A stretch of DNA of 64,000 bases from Lachnospiraceae bacterium UBA4338 (GTDB lineage: Bacteria > Bacillota > Clostridia > Lachnospirales > Lachnospiraceae): contig DGTK01000017.1 in the NCBI GenBank assembly GCA_002393735.1, positions 115,544 through 179,543 on the forward strand, in the 5' to 3' direction. This document shows, piece by piece, positions 45,806-56,866 of the stretch; position 1 is the stretch's first letter, and each line of letters opens with the position of its first letter. Position numbers and translations under genes: made by a program. The notes under the pieces are model-generated. The model did no database searches, was not told the origin of the DNA, and worked only from the letters and a program-made list of their open reading frames with translations.

Positions 45806-47671
45806 CTATTTATAAAAGCAGAATTTACCGGAGCCATATACGCTGGCGCCGCACATCTGGCATTTTTCCTTGCAGTTAACAGTAGTTTCGCCTCTCTGAG
45901 CTTTAAGATATTCTTTCTTAAGGAAATTCTTGGTAACGCCTATGTCAATGAAATCCCATGGCAAAATCTCCGCCAGATCTCTTTCTCTGTCAATGTAAAA
46001 TTTATAATCAATTCCGCATTCCTCAAAAGAATCAAGCCAGTTCTGGAATATGAAGAATTCGTTCCAGGCATCGAAGAAACTGCCTTTTTGATATGCTTTA
46101 TATATGGCCTTGGAGACTTTTCTGTCGCCTCTTGCGAATATTCCTTCCAAAACGGAAACATCTGTATCGTGCCATATGTATTTAATGCTCTTTTGGTTAA
46201 GAGTTTTAATTATACCCTGTCTTGTGGTAAAAGCCTTGTCCCTGAATTCTTCGAGGGAGCACATTCTGCTCCACTGAAAAGCCGTAAAAGGCTTTGGAAT
46301 AAAGAAAGATGTACTGGCTGTAATTGAAACTCGGCCGTTTCTCTCAGATTTAGGCACTGTTTCATAATAAACTGCAGCCACCTTGTTACAAAGTTCGCCT
46401 ATGCCTTCAATATCCTCGTTAGTCTCGGTAGGAAGACCAAGCATGAAATAAAATTTAACCTTATTCCAGCCGCCCTCAAAGGCAAGTTTGGCACCGCCTA
46501 GAATAACCTCCTCGGTCAATCCTTTGTTGATTACATTACGAAGCCTCTGGGATCCGGCCTCTGCCGCAAAGGTTAAGGATGTCTTCTTTACATCCTGCAC
46601 TTTATTCATAACATCCAGGGAAAATGAGTCTATTCTAAGGCTTGGAAGAGATATATTAACCTTCCTTTTGTTACATTCATCAATCAAAAAACCAAGTAAG
46701 TCATATAGACCGGTATAGTCACTGGAACTTAAGGAACTTAAGCATATTTCCTCGTGTCCCGTATTATCCATAAGCTCGATGGCATATTTCTTTAATACCT
46801 CAATATCCCTCTCTCTTATAGGTCTGTAGAGCTGACCTGCCTGACAGAATCTGCAGCCTCTGGTGCAGCCACGCATAATCTCTAAGGTTAATCTGTCCTG
46901 AGTTGCCTTAATAAACGGAATTACAGGTTTAGTGGGATAATAAGTATGATTTAAATCCTCTTCCACTTCTTTCCTGATGGTCGTTGGAATATCATCAAAA
47001 AGCGGGAAGAATCTTTTGATTGTCCCGTCTTCGTTATATTCAACATCATATAAAGAAGGCACATATATACCCGGCACTTTGGCAGCATGATGGAGAAAAT
47101 CAGCCCTGGAAACTCCGTTTTTCTTATCTTCTTTATATAAATCCAGAAGTTCTCTGTACCTGGTTTCACCCTCTCCTATATAAAACATATCAAAGAATTC
47201 GGCTATAGGTTCAGGATTATACGAACATGGTCCGCCGCCAATTACAATCGGATCATCTTCAGTTCTGTCTTTTGAAAAAATCGGAATTTTGGCGAGGTCA
47301 AGAATCTGCAATATATTGGTATAACACATCTCATACTGCAGAGTAATGCCAAGAAAATCAAAATCTTTAACCGGATCCTGACTCTCAAGAGCAAATAAAG
47401 GGATATCCTTTTCTCTCATGATTTTATCAAGATCAGGCCACGGTGAATAAACCCTTTCACAATATGTATCTTCAAAAGAATTAAACATATCATATAGGAT
47501 CTGTATCCCTAAATGGCTCATACCAATTTCATAGACATCAGGAAAGCACATACAAAAACGAAGGGTATCTGGTGTGATATCCTTCATTATTGAATTAATT
47601 TCTAAGCCTATGTATCTGGCCGGTTTTTCAATTTGCATTAAAATATCATCAGATAATGCAAGTTCTCTCAA
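45806..47671 (-). CDS. TIGR03960-type B12-binding radical SAM protein
   Basis: KPARYIG.E, FPDVYEIGMS, RGCTRGCRFC. TTG start at 47671 after AAGGAG. Confidence 0.9.
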   Translation of the reverse strand: MRELALSDDILMQIEKPARYIGLEINSIMKDITPDTLRFCMCFPDVYEIGMSHLGIQILYDMFNSFEDTYCERVYSPWPDLDKIMREKDIPLFALESQDPVKDFDFLGITLQYEMCYTNILQILDLAKIPIFSKDRTEDDPIVIGGGPCSYNPEPIAEFFDMFYIGEGETRYRELLDLYKEDKKNGVSRADFLHHAAKVPGIYVPSLYDVEYNEDGTIKRFFPLFDDIPTTIRKEVEEDLNHTYYPTKPVIPFIKATQDRLTLEIMRGCTRGCRFCQAGQLYRPIRERDIEVLKKYAIELMDNTGHEEICLSSLSSSDYTGLYDLLGFLIDECNKRKVNISLPSLRIDSFSLDVMNKVQDVKKTSLTFAAEAGSQRLRNVINKGLTEEVILGGAKLAFEGGWNKVKFYFMLGLPTETNEDIEGIGELCNKVAAVYYETVPKSERNGRVSITASTSFFIPKPFTAFQWSRMCSLEEFRDKAFTTRQGIIKTLNQKSIKYIWHDTDVSVLEGIFARGDRKVSKAIYKAYQKGSFFDAWNEFFIFQNWLDSFEECGIDYKFYIDRERDLAEILPWDFIDIGVTKNFLKKEYLKAQRGETTVNCKEKCQMCGASVYGSGKFCFYK

Positions 47672-47681
47672 AATAAGCTCC

Positions 47682-48962
47682 TTATTCTCTGGATGCAAGT
47701 TCGTTTGTTATTTCATCCCAGGTAATACCCTTATCTACCATAAGAACCATCATATGATAGAGGAAATCAGATATTTCGTACTTAATCTCTCCGCTGTCAG
47801 GATTCTTGGAGGCAATAATAATCTCTGATGCTTCCTCGCCAACCTTCTTAAGAATCTTATCAATTCCTTTCTCGAAAAGGTAATTGGTATAAGAACCTTC
47901 CTTAGGATTAACTTTTCTGTCTTTAATTACATCATAAACATCATTAAAGACTTTAAGCGGATTCTTCTCTATATAACTCTTGGATGTAATTTCATTAAAG
48001 AAACAGCTGTAGCTGCCTGTATGGCAGGCAACGCCAACCTGGCTGACCTTGGCAAGAATTGTATCATAATCGCAGTCAGCATAAAGAGCCTTAACATACT
48101 GAAAATGACCGCTGCTTTCGCCCTTCTCCCACTGACCTTTACGGCTTCTTGAATAATAATTCATTTTGCCTGTAACCAAAGTCTTCTCAAAGGCTTCTTT
48201 ATTCATATAAGCAAGCATAAGAACATCACCGGTTCTGTAATCCTGAGTAATAACAGGAATAAGTCCTGAACCGCCGACCTTAAGTTCATCCCAGCTGATT
48301 TTGGCTTCAAAAGAATTAACTTCGATGCCTTTTTCCTTGCATACATTCTTGATCTGATTTACTTCAGTCAGGCTTAAATCAATTACCTCACCGAATATGC
48401 CGCATACATTGTCATTTTGAGCGACAATCAGGAATTTTTCCAAACTTACGTCAGGAAGATATGCATTTACTGCAAGTGAAGTAAGTGCTGCGATACTTTC
48501 TGTATTTTCTTCTGTAAAAACATATAAATCTGTGGAATATTTCTCAGCATTAACACGGTATACGCCAAGAGAATTAATATCATCCACAGTTACAGAGATT
48601 CTGTCCTTGCCGAATCTGTTTGAAACATCCTCAAGCATTTCCCAGTTAGACTGCTTTGAAAGATTAAGAATAACCTTCTTACATCCGGCATAAACTAACT
48701 TTTTAACATCCTCGGCTCTTTCAATATTAAAGGAAACTGATAAATCTGTCTCGGCATAAGCCGCAATTTCCTTAATTCTCTTAATTGCAAGTTCTTTATT
48801 GTCGAAGTCCTCATCCATTACTATCATGAGTATTTCGTCAATATTGATATCGCATAATTTACGAATGTAACCTTCCAAATCAATGATGGTTTCATCCATT
48901 TTGGCAGTTGTATAAACAATGCCCTCTTTAATATATATTCTGGCTATGAAATTCTTTTTCAT
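47682..48962 (-). CDS. hisIE: HisIE bifunctional enzyme with an N-terminal degenerate HisF/HisA-like barrel
   Basis: [38 protein letters not shown]...ILKKVGEE. The N-terminal ~215 aa retain GCKKVILN and RFG. Confidence 0.88.
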   Translation of the reverse strand: MKKNFIARIYIKEGIVYTTAKMDETIIDLEGYIRKLCDINIDEILMIVMDEDFDNKELAIKRIKEIAAYAETDLSVSFNIERAEDVKKLVYAGCKKVILNLSKQSNWEMLEDVSNRFGKDRISVTVDDINSLGVYRVNAEKYSTDLYVFTEENTESIAALTSLAVNAYLPDVSLEKFLIVAQNDNVCGIFGEVIDLSLTEVNQIKNVCKEKGIEVNSFEAKISWDELKVGGSGLIPVITQDYRTGDVLMLAYMNKEAFEKTLVTGKMNYYSRSRKGQWEKGESSGHFQYVKALYADCDYDTILAKVSQVGVACHTGSYSCFFNEITSKSYIEKNPLKVFNDVYDVIKDRKVNPKEGSYTNYLFEKGIDKILKKVGEEASEIIIASKNPDSGEIKYEISDFLYHMMVLMVDKGITWDEITNELASRE

Positions 48963-48979
48963 ATGGCCCTCCTTAAGAT

Positions 48980-49624
48980 TTATAAGCTTCCTTTGGTTGA
49001 AAGAACCTCAGATGCATCTCTGCCTACTGTTGTGGCAATTTTCAGAGCGTTGGCAAAAGCCTTGAACATGGCTTCAATTATGTGATGTGTATTATATCCG
49101 TCCATAACCTTAAAGTGTATATTCATGCCTGCGCTGTAGCTTAATGCATAGAAAAACTCTTTTAATGTCTCGGTTTCAAAATACCCGACCCTTTCAACTT
49201 TGAAATCATAATCAAAATTAAGATATGGTCTTCCTGAGATATCGATGGCACACAAAACTAGAGCATCATCCATAGGCATTACGAAAGAAGCATATCTGTT
49301 TATGCCCTTCTTCTCTCCTAAAGCCTTTGCAATGGCCTGTCCTAAAACAATGCCTGTATCCTCAACGGTATGATGATTATCAACTCTTAAATCGCCATTG
49401 GCAACAAGTGATAAATCAATACCTGAGTGCTTGGTGAAACTTTCAAGCATGTGATCAAAGAATCCGATTCCTGTGGAAATGTCATATTTGCCATTTCCAT
49501 CTATATTAATCTTGCAGGTTATATCAGTTTCCCTGGTTTTTCTTTTTATTTCAGCGGCTCTTCCATTAACCAAAGGAGTCTCTTTCTTTACTTCTGTTTT
49601 AGTTTCAGGTTTTTTAACTGCCAT
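48980..49624 (-). CDS. hisB: Imidazoleglycerol-phosphate dehydratase
   Basis: [39 protein letters not shown] supports the ATG at 49624. Confidence 0.96.
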   Translation of the reverse strand: MAVKKPETKTEVKKETPLVNGRAAEIKRKTRETDITCKINIDGNGKYDISTGIGFFDHMLESFTKHSGIDLSLVANGDLRVDNHHTVEDTGIVLGQAIAKALGEKKGINRYASFVMPMDDALVLCAIDISGRPYLNFDYDFKVERVGYFETETLKEFFYALSYSAGMNIHFKVMDGYNTHHIIEAMFKAFANALKIATTVGRDASEVLSTKGSL

Positions 49625-49678
49625 ATCTACCTCCCAAAATCTTAAATACAATTATACAATAAAATATTCAAAATATCA

Positions 49679-50980
49679 TTATAAAGTATTTTTGCCAAAT
49701 CTTTCCCTAATGGAATTAGCATGAGCCTCAAGTCCTTCATTCTCAGCAAAAATCTCAATCTTCTCATGAATCTTACGAAGTCCTTCTTCTGAATAGCAGA
49801 TTACGCTGGATTTCTTAATGAAGTCATCAACTGATAAAGGTGAGAAGAATCTGGATGTTCCATTGGTTGGAAGCACATGATTAGGACCTGCAAAATAATC
49901 CCCCAGAGGTTCTGATGAATATTCACCAAGGAAAATAGCCCCTGCATTTCTAACCTTTGTCATATCAGCCCAAGGATTCTTTGTAATAATCTCAAGGTGC
50001 TCAGATGCAATATCGTTTACTGCATCAAATGCGCTGTCCATATCCTTTGCAATGAGAATAAATCCAAAATTCTCAACAGATTTTTCAAGAATTGATTTTC
50101 TCTTTGCCACTGCAACATATTTCTCAACAAGTTCTTCAACTTTATTGGCAAGTTCTTCCGAAGTTGTAACTAAAATGCATGATGCCATTTCATCATGTTC
50201 AGCCTGTGATAACAGGTCTCTGGCTACATATTCAGGCTTGGCTGTCTCGTCAGCAAGTACTAAAATCTCGGAAGGTCCTGCAACTGAATCAATACTTACA
50301 TAGCCGTATACAGCCTTCTTTGCAAGGGCAACAAAGATATTTCCAGGGCCAACGATTTTGTCAACCTTGGGAACACTCTCGGTGCCAAATGCAAAAGCCG
50401 CAATAGCCTGAGCGCCACCAACTTTATATATGGTATCAACTCCTGCAATCTTTGCAGCAGCAAGAGTTCCCGGATTAACCTTACCTTCGCTGTTTGGAGG
50501 TGTAATCATATAAATATTCTTACATCCCGCGCATTTGGCAGGTCCGATATTCATAAGTGTAGATGAGGGATAAGCAGCCTTACCTCCCGGAACATATACG
50601 CCCACCTTATCAATCGGTGTAATTCTCTGACCTAATATTGAACCATTCTCATCTGTGGTAAAGAAGCTGTTTCTTACCTGCTTTTCATGGAATTTAACGA
50701 TATTTGCATATGCTTCTTCCATAACCTTGATATAAACAGGGTCCATGGAATTATATGCTTCTTCAATTTCTTCTTTTGTTACTAAAATATTATCTTTGTT
50801 TAAGTCAAACTTATCGAAATTCTTAGTATATTCAAAAATCGCCGCATCCCCATTTTCTCTGACATTATTTACAATCTCGGCAACTTTAGCCTCGAAATCG
50901 CCATAGTGATTAGGGCTTCTTTTGATAAGCTCATCAAGTACGTTTTTCTTGTTTTCTTCAGTTAAATATAACTTTTTCAT
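49679..50980 (-). CDS. hisD: Histidinol dehydrogenase
   Basis: [35 protein letters not shown]. Confidence 0.97.
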   Translation of the reverse strand: MKKLYLTEENKKNVLDELIKRSPNHYGDFEAKVAEIVNNVRENGDAAIFEYTKNFDKFDLNKDNILVTKEEIEEAYNSMDPVYIKVMEEAYANIVKFHEKQVRNSFFTTDENGSILGQRITPIDKVGVYVPGGKAAYPSSTLMNIGPAKCAGCKNIYMITPPNSEGKVNPGTLAAAKIAGVDTIYKVGGAQAIAAFAFGTESVPKVDKIVGPGNIFVALAKKAVYGYVSIDSVAGPSEILVLADETAKPEYVARDLLSQAEHDEMASCILVTTSEELANKVEELVEKYVAVAKRKSILEKSVENFGFILIAKDMDSAFDAVNDIASEHLEIITKNPWADMTKVRNAGAIFLGEYSSEPLGDYFAGPNHVLPTNGTSRFFSPLSVDDFIKKSSVICYSEEGLRKIHEKIEIFAENEGLEAHANSIRERFGKNTL

Positions 50981-51627
50981 TGGTCAATCTCCGCTTTCAT
51001 TTTGTCAATAATTTCTGTAATACGCTTATTCTGCATTCTCATGCTTACCTGATTGACGATTACTCTTGCAGATAAGTCCCTGATTTCTTCCAATACTTTA
51101 AGACCGTTTTCTCTTAAAGTGCTTCCGGTCTCAACTATATCAACGATACAGTCGCTTAAACCTACAATAGGTCCAAGTTCTACAGAACCGTTAAGTTTAA
51201 TAATATCAACAGTCTGATGCTTGGTATTAAAGAAATAATCCTTGGCAATTACAGGATATTTGGTAGCAACTCTGATTCTCTCGCGGTGCTTAAGTAACTC
51301 TCCCGCACTTTCAGGTCCGCATACACACATTCTGCACTTACCCATTTTAAGATCAAGTACTTCATAAACCCTTCTGTTTTCTTCCAAAATTGTATCAAGT
51401 CCAACAATACCAATGTCTGCAGCACCAAGTTCCACATATGTGGGAACATCAGTAGCTTTGGCAAGGAAGAATTTTAGTTTCAATTCTTCGTTGACAAATA
51501 CAAGTTTTCTGGTATCCTTGTCTTTCATCTCGTCACATGTAATACCGGTCTTTTCCAGTAATTCCATCGCTTGCCCCGCAAGTCTTCCCTTGGCCAGAGC
51601 AAAAACAATATATTTATTGTCGTCCAT
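50977..51627 (-). CDS. hisG: ATP phosphoribosyltransferase, short form
   Basis: KGRL, VATKYP, GSVE, IVDIVETGSTL. Confidence 0.96.
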   Translation of the reverse strand: MDDNKYIVFALAKGRLAGQAMELLEKTGITCDEMKDKDTRKLVFVNEELKLKFFLAKATDVPTYVELGAADIGIVGLDTILEENRRVYEVLDLKMGKCRMCVCGPESAGELLKHRERIRVATKYPVIAKDYFFNTKHQTVDIIKLNGSVELGPIVGLSDCIVDIVETGSTLRENGLKVLEEIRDLSARVIVNQVSMRMQNKRITEIIDKMKAEIDQ

Positions 51628-51638
51628 TTTATCTCCTT

Positions 51639-52814
51639 TTAGATGGTTATTACTTCTGAATAGCCACCTTTTTCAACATATGATTCAAATTCGTCCTTAT
51701 TCATTGAAGGCTCTTTGATTACATCAGCAATAATGCCGCTTTTTCTTAATTCCAGAGCCTTTGCATCCGCCTTAAGATAATCTTCCTTAAAGGTAATCAG
51801 AACTTTTTTCTTAAGTTCCACATTTCTGTGGCCTGTTCTCATTATCGATGTAAGAAGCTCATCAGCCAAAACCACGAAGCCGATGGCGGAGGCGCTTTTG
51901 CCAAATTTCTCAAGCAGATTATCATAGCGACCGCCCTTAATTATCGCATCGCCTACTCCATAGGTATAAGCCTTGAAAATAATACCTGTATAGTAATGGT
52001 ACTTGCTGAGCATACTTAAGTCAAAAGCGATATACTTATCGTACCCCTTCTTTGAAAGGATGTCTTTAAGTAACAAAAGTCTGTCCAAAGCCTTAACGGC
52101 ATTCTTATTTTTTACCAAATTTTTAAGATTCTTAAGATCTTCAATCTCTAAATAAGTTTTTGAAAAATACCCGAACTGATCAATTATGTCTGAATTAATA
52201 TCATTACTTGCCAGATATTCTTTCATCATATAAAAGTTCTTGGATGAAATATATTCTCTTAAGTTTAATTCTATTTCTTCTGTGATATTAGCTTCAGAAC
52301 AGAGTCCTTTAAAGAATTCTGTATCTCCGATACTAACTACGAATTCTTCAAGACCAGCGGCAAGAAGTGTATCAATTACAAGGCATATCATCTGGGCATC
52401 AGCATAAATGCTGTTCTCATTAACCATTTCAACACCGATCTGTGTAGTCTCCTTTAACTTGCCCTGATATTCGCTGGTATTGATAAAAGTATTGCCTTTA
52501 TAACAGAACTTAAGAGGTCCCTTCTCTTCTTTGAAATACTTGGCAAGGGCTCTTGCAACTGAAGGTGTGAAGTCCGGTCTTAAAACCAGAGTATTGCCTT
52601 CCTTATCAAAGAATTTATATAATTCTTTGGATGGAATTGTACCAATATCCTTGGAAAATACATCAAAAAATTCAAAAGTCGGTGTTTCTATATCCTTGAA
52701 ACCATTAAGATGGAATGTATCATAAACCTTGTTTATTATTTCATTTTTTAATACTAATTCATCTCCGTAGATGTCTCTTACACCATCAGGAGTATGTAAA
52801 ATCTGTGATATCAT
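51639..52814 (-). CDS. hisZ: ATP phosphoribosyltransferase regulatory subunit
   Basis: HisRS-like fold (LRPDFT, QIGVE, YYTG, GGRYD) directly before short hisG. Confidence 0.94.
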   Translation of the reverse strand: MISQILHTPDGVRDIYGDELVLKNEIINKVYDTFHLNGFKDIETPTFEFFDVFSKDIGTIPSKELYKFFDKEGNTLVLRPDFTPSVARALAKYFKEEKGPLKFCYKGNTFINTSEYQGKLKETTQIGVEMVNENSIYADAQMICLVIDTLLAAGLEEFVVSIGDTEFFKGLCSEANITEEIELNLREYISSKNFYMMKEYLASNDINSDIIDQFGYFSKTYLEIEDLKNLKNLVKNKNAVKALDRLLLLKDILSKKGYDKYIAFDLSMLSKYHYYTGIIFKAYTYGVGDAIIKGGRYDNLLEKFGKSASAIGFVVLADELLTSIMRTGHRNVELKKKVLITFKEDYLKADAKALELRKSGIIADVIKEPSMNKDEFESYVEKGGYSEVITI

Positions 52815-52827
52815 GATTCCTCCAAAA

Positions 52828-52870
52828 TACTTTATTATGGTAAAGCGCTAATTTGCTAATCTGTTAGCAA
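52828..52870. promoter_or_regulatory. Putative HisR operator and adjacent palindrome
   Basis: TACTTTA-N6-TAAAGCG (52828-52847) fits the Firmicutes HisR palindrome as I recall it. TTGCTAA-N4-TTAGCAA lies at 52853-52870. Confidence 0.7.
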
Positions 52871-52879
52871 GATAAATAG

Positions 52880-52908
52880 ATTATATTAGGTTTCCTGATT
52901 TAAGTCAA
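52880..52908 (-). promoter_or_regulatory. Sigma-A promoter of the his operon
   Basis: TTGACT-17-TATAAT. Confidence 0.75.
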
Positions 52909-52914
52909 GTTTTA

Positions 52915-53823
52915 TCAAAGGGTTATGGTTCTTCCGCTTAAAGCTTTAATCTGACAGTTGTTATCAAATACAAGTTTATAACATGTAAGATGCTGTCCGT
53001 TATTTAACCCTTTTAAGCCATACTTGCCATCTCCTACTATAGGGAAACCAAGATAACTTAAATGTGCCCTTATCTGATGGCTTTTACCGGTTATTAAATC
53101 AACTTCCATTACAGTTTTATCATCTTTATATTCAAGAGGCTTGAAAGCCGTTATAATCTCTTTTGAGTTATCAAATGGCTTGTCAGAAACTGTAACTTTA
53201 TTAGTTTTATTATCTTTAACAAGATAAGCCTTAAAGGTACCTTCTAACTCGCATTTTCCTTCAACTGTACATTTATAATATTTCTTTACAGTTCTGTCTT
53301 TGATTATGCCTGTAAGAATTCTGGCACTTTCATAATTATTGGCACAAATCACCAGACCGTCTGTATTTCTGTCAAGTCTGTTACACACAGATGGTTTGAA
53401 TTTATTTAAACTGTCTTCGGTGATTATTTTTTTATCAAGAAGATATCCCACATGATATTCATTTAAGGATAAACTGTTACCATTATCTCTTTGACTAAGA
53501 ATTCCCGATGGCTTGTAATATATGACATGATCAGGGCTTTCATCAATAACTTTTATGCCTTTTAAGGTTTTAAAGGCAGTCATATATATATTTGATGATG
53601 CATCTTTATGAAACTTGTTAAAGGTTTCGTCAGATAAATAAATCTTTATATTATCTCCCTTATTCAGAACTTCATTACCGGATGCCTTTTTATCATTTAG
53701 AACAATGTTTTTCTTTCTGAGCATCTTGTAGACAAAGGAAGATGAAGCCTCGTTAAGGATTTTTAACAAATATTTATCAAGTCTTCTACCTTTATCATTA
53801 TTTTCAACAATATATTCTTTCAT
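52915..53823 (-). CDS. RluA family pseudouridine synthase
   Basis: S4 domain, KPSG, NRLDRNTDG, TGKSHQIRAH. Confidence 0.92.
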   Translation of the reverse strand: MKEYIVENNDKGRRLDKYLLKILNEASSSFVYKMLRKKNIVLNDKKASGNEVLNKGDNIKIYLSDETFNKFHKDASSNIYMTAFKTLKGIKVIDESPDHVIYYKPSGILSQRDNGNSLSLNEYHVGYLLDKKIITEDSLNKFKPSVCNRLDRNTDGLVICANNYESARILTGIIKDRTVKKYYKCTVEGKCELEGTFKAYLVKDNKTNKVTVSDKPFDNSKEIITAFKPLEYKDDKTVMEVDLITGKSHQIRAHLSYLGFPIVGDGKYGLKGLNNGQHLTCYKLVFDNNCQIKALSGRTITL

Positions 53824-53830
53824 TCTTTTC

Positions 53831-54409
53831 CTATAAGGACAGGTTAAGCATTAAATTATATATGCTGTAAGCCATGTCTGTAGATTTGCAACCATCATCC
53901 GAACACTTCTTAACTCTTGCCACATATTTATCCAGGTTGTCAATTAACTTTATATCAGCATCCTTGATACCGTTTTTATTCATATAAAGTTCAATATGTT
54001 TTTTTAAATCTTCCTTACTTACCTTTTTATCAGGAATATACAGGTAAAGATTATTATCATCTACAAATAAGGCATTAATTGGGAAAAACTTTTTCTCAGA
54101 TGTAAGATATAAATCATAACCGTGAATTATTTCATGATCACCTATTGCCTTCTCGATTTCCAGGAAATCTTCCGGCTTACAGCTGTGCTTTTCTGCCTTA
54201 AAGAGCATAATCATATTAACGAGGCTTCTGCAGGCAGGGAGCATTCCCAGTACACTTACCACAGTAAGTATATTTTTGATGTCCTTTGTCGTCACGTAGC
54301 CTATATACCAGACACCTGCGGAGAGCAAAAACAGTAATATGGTGATAATTCCAACTCTTATCGGCTCTTTTTTTAAATATTGATAATTGCCTTTTTTATT
54401 CTTAAACAT
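53831..54409 (-). CDS. Hypothetical membrane protein (2 TMs)
   Basis: Two N-terminal hydrophobic segments and a soluble C-terminal domain; operonic position. Confidence 0.75.
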   Translation of the reverse strand: MFKNKKGNYQYLKKEPIRVGIITILLFLLSAGVWYIGYVTTKDIKNILTVVSVLGMLPACRSLVNMIMLFKAEKHSCKPEDFLEIEKAIGDHEIIHGYDLYLTSEKKFFPINALFVDDNNLYLYIPDKKVSKEDLKKHIELYMNKNGIKDADIKLIDNLDKYVARVKKCSDDGCKSTDMAYSIYNLMLNLSL

Positions 54410-54420
54410 TACAAACCTTT

Positions 54421-55710
54421 CTAAGTTCCGGGATTATATCTGTATTTATTCGCAACAAATAATACCAAAGCTGTACTGATACCAGTAATCAGACCTAAAA
54501 TAAGCACAAATGCATATTTGCCATTGGCAGGTACATCGTAAGGATTCATTTCCTCATTTAAAACATATAATGGAATCTCATTAATCAGGTCTTCCGGATC
54601 TTCGAACTCTTCCGGAGCCTTCTGAATGCCATACAATTCTGTATTCATGTCAAATACATCGCTGTCAGTTGACAAATTATAAAAGTTGGTTGCCCTGACC
54701 ACCAAATTGGTTCCGGTAAGCACAGATTTAGGCAAAGTAAATCTTCCGCTTGGACAGCCATAAAGGTAATTTGCAGGGTAAAAAGTCTCGCCTCCGTCCA
54801 GCGAATAAGAATAATAATCGATTCCGCTTTGGGTATCATAGGCATAAAAGTTAATATTTACCAGGGAATCATCATCCTTATCTTCGTAGATTTTTACTTC
54901 AACATAGTTAGGCGCTGTATTATCACTGGTCAGAATATCAAGAGGAAGTGAAAGTTCATCTCCCTTTTTATATTTAAAATCCGTATAATCCCTGCCAAGT
55001 TCATCAGATTTAAGCCTGTATGCCATGGCAACTGCTGTGGCATCAAGTCTTCCCAATACATTTAAATCCCTGTCAGTTGCATAATATTTTTCATTTTCAG
55101 GAGAATCCAGATAACAGTGTTCCAGGATTATGCTTGGAATCTTGTGATTGGTTGAATATCTTAAAATTCCATAATATTCTCCGGAAGTAAGTTCACTTTC
55201 CCTTGTAAAAATCCCCTTCGGTTGTATACCGATATTTTCCAATAGTGATAATTCAATATTTCCAAAATATGAAGACCTGGCATTTAATATGCTGTCCATT
55301 GGAGCCCACATCTCTGCACCGGTTCCATCATGGTTTTCTGACATATTAAAGTGAAGGCTTATAAGAATATCTGCATTATACTTTTTGGCAATATCAGCTC
55401 TTTCATTAAGTTCTAAGTTGATATCGTTTTCTCTTGTTAAATAAACCTCTACATTATCATATTTTTCCAGTTCATGTCTCATACATTTGGCAACAAATAA
55501 AGTCATGTCTTTTTCGATGACATTATTCCACTCGGCGCCCAGATTATCGCCGCCATGGCCGGGATCTATAACGATAATTACAGGTCCTGGGTCTGCTGCT
55601 TTAACACTTAATGTAAAAAGGCTCATAAACATAAATAAGGCAATTAGCATCAAAGGTGCTAATTGCCAATATTGTTTGTATCTCTTGTTCCTTTTATTAA
55701 TCTTCATCAA
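54421..55710 (-). CDS. N-acetylmuramoyl-L-alanine amidase (Amidase_3) with a C-terminal TM anchor
   Basis: Signal peptide, IDPGHGG, EK, SLHFN and ILE zinc/catalytic motifs, C-terminal hydrophobic helix. Confidence 0.88.
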   Translation of the reverse strand: MMKINKRNKRYKQYWQLAPLMLIALFMFMSLFTLSVKAADPGPVIIVIDPGHGGDNLGAEWNNVIEKDMTLFVAKCMRHELEKYDNVEVYLTRENDINLELNERADIAKKYNADILISLHFNMSENHDGTGAEMWAPMDSILNARSSYFGNIELSLLENIGIQPKGIFTRESELTSGEYYGILRYSTNHKIPSIILEHCYLDSPENEKYYATDRDLNVLGRLDATAVAMAYRLKSDELGRDYTDFKYKKGDELSLPLDILTSDNTAPNYVEVKIYEDKDDDSLVNINFYAYDTQSGIDYYSYSLDGGETFYPANYLYGCPSGRFTLPKSVLTGTNLVVRATNFYNLSTDSDVFDMNTELYGIQKAPEEFEDPEDLINEIPLYVLNEEMNPYDVPANGKYAFVLILGLITGISTALVLFVANKYRYNPGT

Positions 55711-56365
55711 TTAAGCTGTCTACTTCATCCGGCAGTTCAGTTGACTCTGCCACTACACCATCTTCTTGCTGTTCTTCTTCAGGAACCTGTGTAAGTTCTG
55801 CCAGGTTGCTGGTAATTGTATCATAATAAGCATTTAATGTACCAATAACTTCCTGGTTTCTGTATTCATATTCGTTAAGAGTTCTGCCAACCAGATCCTG
55901 AAGGGAAATAAGCTGATCAGTAACATAATCATTAATCATCTGCTGAAGATCATTAGCATTATTCTGAGCATCATTTAAAACATTATTAGCTTCATTATAT
56001 GCTTCCTGAATAATCTGATTAGCTTCATTAATAGCATTCTTGGTAGTTACATCTTCGCTAACGATTTCGTTTGCTTTCTGTACTGCCTGATTCTCAATAT
56101 CTTTAGCCTTATCCTGAGCCTTCTGGATATGAGCTGAAGCCTTATCTTTAGCATCGATAATAATTGCTTCTCTGTTAGCTAAGACTTTACGAGCATATTC
56201 AACTTCGTCAGGAATACTTGAACGAAGGTTGGCAATATACATCTCGATTTCGCTTTTCTCAACAAGAATAATGTCATTTGAAAAAGCCTTTGGCTTGCAT
56301 GAATCAAGATACTGCTCTAACTGCTTAATCTCACTTTCAATTTTGTTTAACTCTTTGTTGGCCAA
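55697..56365 (-). CDS. Coiled-coil protein, DivIVA-like conserved coaD neighbour
   Basis: IPDEV..AR.V...REAII..A...A periodic Ala pattern; TTG start with GGAGG RBS. Confidence 0.7.
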   Translation of the reverse strand: MANKELNKIESEIKQLEQYLDSCKPKAFSNDIILVEKSEIEMYIANLRSSIPDEVEYARKVLANREAIIIDAKDKASAHIQKAQDKAKDIENQAVQKANEIVSEDVTTKNAINEANQIIQEAYNEANNVLNDAQNNANDLQQMINDYVTDQLISLQDLVGRTLNEYEYRNQEVIGTLNAYYDTITSNLAELTQVPEEEQQEDGVVAESTELPDEVDSLIDED

Positions 56366-56383
56366 TTTATTGTTCCTCCCACA

Positions 56384-56866
56384 CTAATAGCCGTATTTCG
56401 ATTTCAATAATTTAGCGACGCTTTCCGGAACACTCTGTGAAACATCTCCGTTAAAGCTTGCGATTTCTCTTACTGTTGATGAGCAAAGGTAAGAATAAGC
56501 TAAATCTGTTGTCAAAAATACGGTTTCTAATTTACCACCTGAAATAAGGAAATTGGTCTGTGCCATATGTAATTCATAATCGAAATCAGTCATGGCTCTT
56601 AAGCCCCTGACTGCGATATTTACATCCTTACTACGGGCATAGTCTATTAAAAGTCCACTAAAAGAATCAATTTCCACATTAGGAATATCTTTAGTTACTT
56701 CTTCTAGCATTTTAACACGCTCTGGCACTAAAAACAATGCTTTTTTGCGTGGATTATCAAGAACTGCAACGATTACTTTGTCAAAAATCGTGCTCGCTCT
56801 TTTTATTATATCAATATGACCATAAGTTACTGGATCAAAACTGCCCGGATAAATAGCTGTACTCAT
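56384..56866 (-). CDS. coaD: Phosphopantetheine adenylyltransferase
   Basis: YPGSFDPVTYGH, VRGLR, SSTVRE. Confidence 0.97.
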   Translation of the reverse strand: MSTAIYPGSFDPVTYGHIDIIKRASTIFDKVIVAVLDNPRKKALFLVPERVKMLEEVTKDIPNVEIDSFSGLLIDYARSKDVNIAVRGLRAMTDFDYELHMAQTNFLISGGKLETVFLTTDLAYSYLCSSTVREIASFNGDVSQSVPESVAKLLKSKYGY

